From a virus (lineage: Duplodnaviria > Caudoviricetes), in IMG/VR virus record IMGVR_UViG_3300016476_000345, positions 1 through 35,716 of that record: DNA of 35,716 nt; one strand, 5' to 3'. Positions 35,664 through 35,716 of the stretch are shown here, piece after piece; position 1 is the first letter of the stretch, and the number at the start of each line of letters is the position of its first letter. Position numbers and translations under genes: made by a program. A model generated the notes under the pieces. The model was not told the origin of the DNA. It saw only the letters and a list, made by a program, of their open reading frames with translations, and did not search any database.

Positions 35664-35716
35664 TTAATCTCCACAGAAACAGTCGACGCCACCAGCATAG
35701 TTAAACATATCACTTT
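35520..35716. repeat. Terminal direct repeat, copy 2
   Basis: Matches 1-197 with 3 substitutions. Confidence 0.95.

Noticed and set aside
1-35716. Stop-codon reassignment
   Set aside because: Core genes are full length under the standard code with high coding density

Overview
The window looks like a complete, circularly assembled tailed-phage genome. Positions 1-197 are repeated at 35520-35716 with 3 mismatches, giving a unit length of about 35,519 bp. It is GC-rich and podovirus-like; a Gram-negative, probably proteobacterial host is inferred, not shown. Almost all genes are on the minus strand. An early operon of small, translationally coupled ORFs includes a Rap1a-like immunity protein and a PAPS-reductase-family gene. 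It runs across the junction into a DUF2800/Cas4-like nuclease, an SSB-like protein and a Toprim primase-AAA helicase. These are followed by a repeat-rich putative origin, TerS/TerL, portal, scaffold, major capsid, adaptor, tail fibre, an HNH-AP2 endonuclease, a membrane-protein-rich lysis cassette, tail proteins and DNA-ejection proteins. The only plus-strand unit is HTH regulator-DNA methyltransferase-RuvC. No integrase, DNA polymerase, tRNA, CRISPR array or reverse transcriptase was recognised. The most intriguing signal is the divergent control region (5393-5623). It holds two promoters overlapped by TGAC-N6-GTCA palindromes and a candidate ~90-nt two-hairpin sRNA with its own terminator, whose loops are complementary to translation-initiation regions of three minus-strand phage genes. 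Also notable are two glycosyltransferases inside the head module and clamp-binding-like tails on the PAPS-reductase-like protein and the methylase. All family assignments come from motif recognition by eye; no database search was run.
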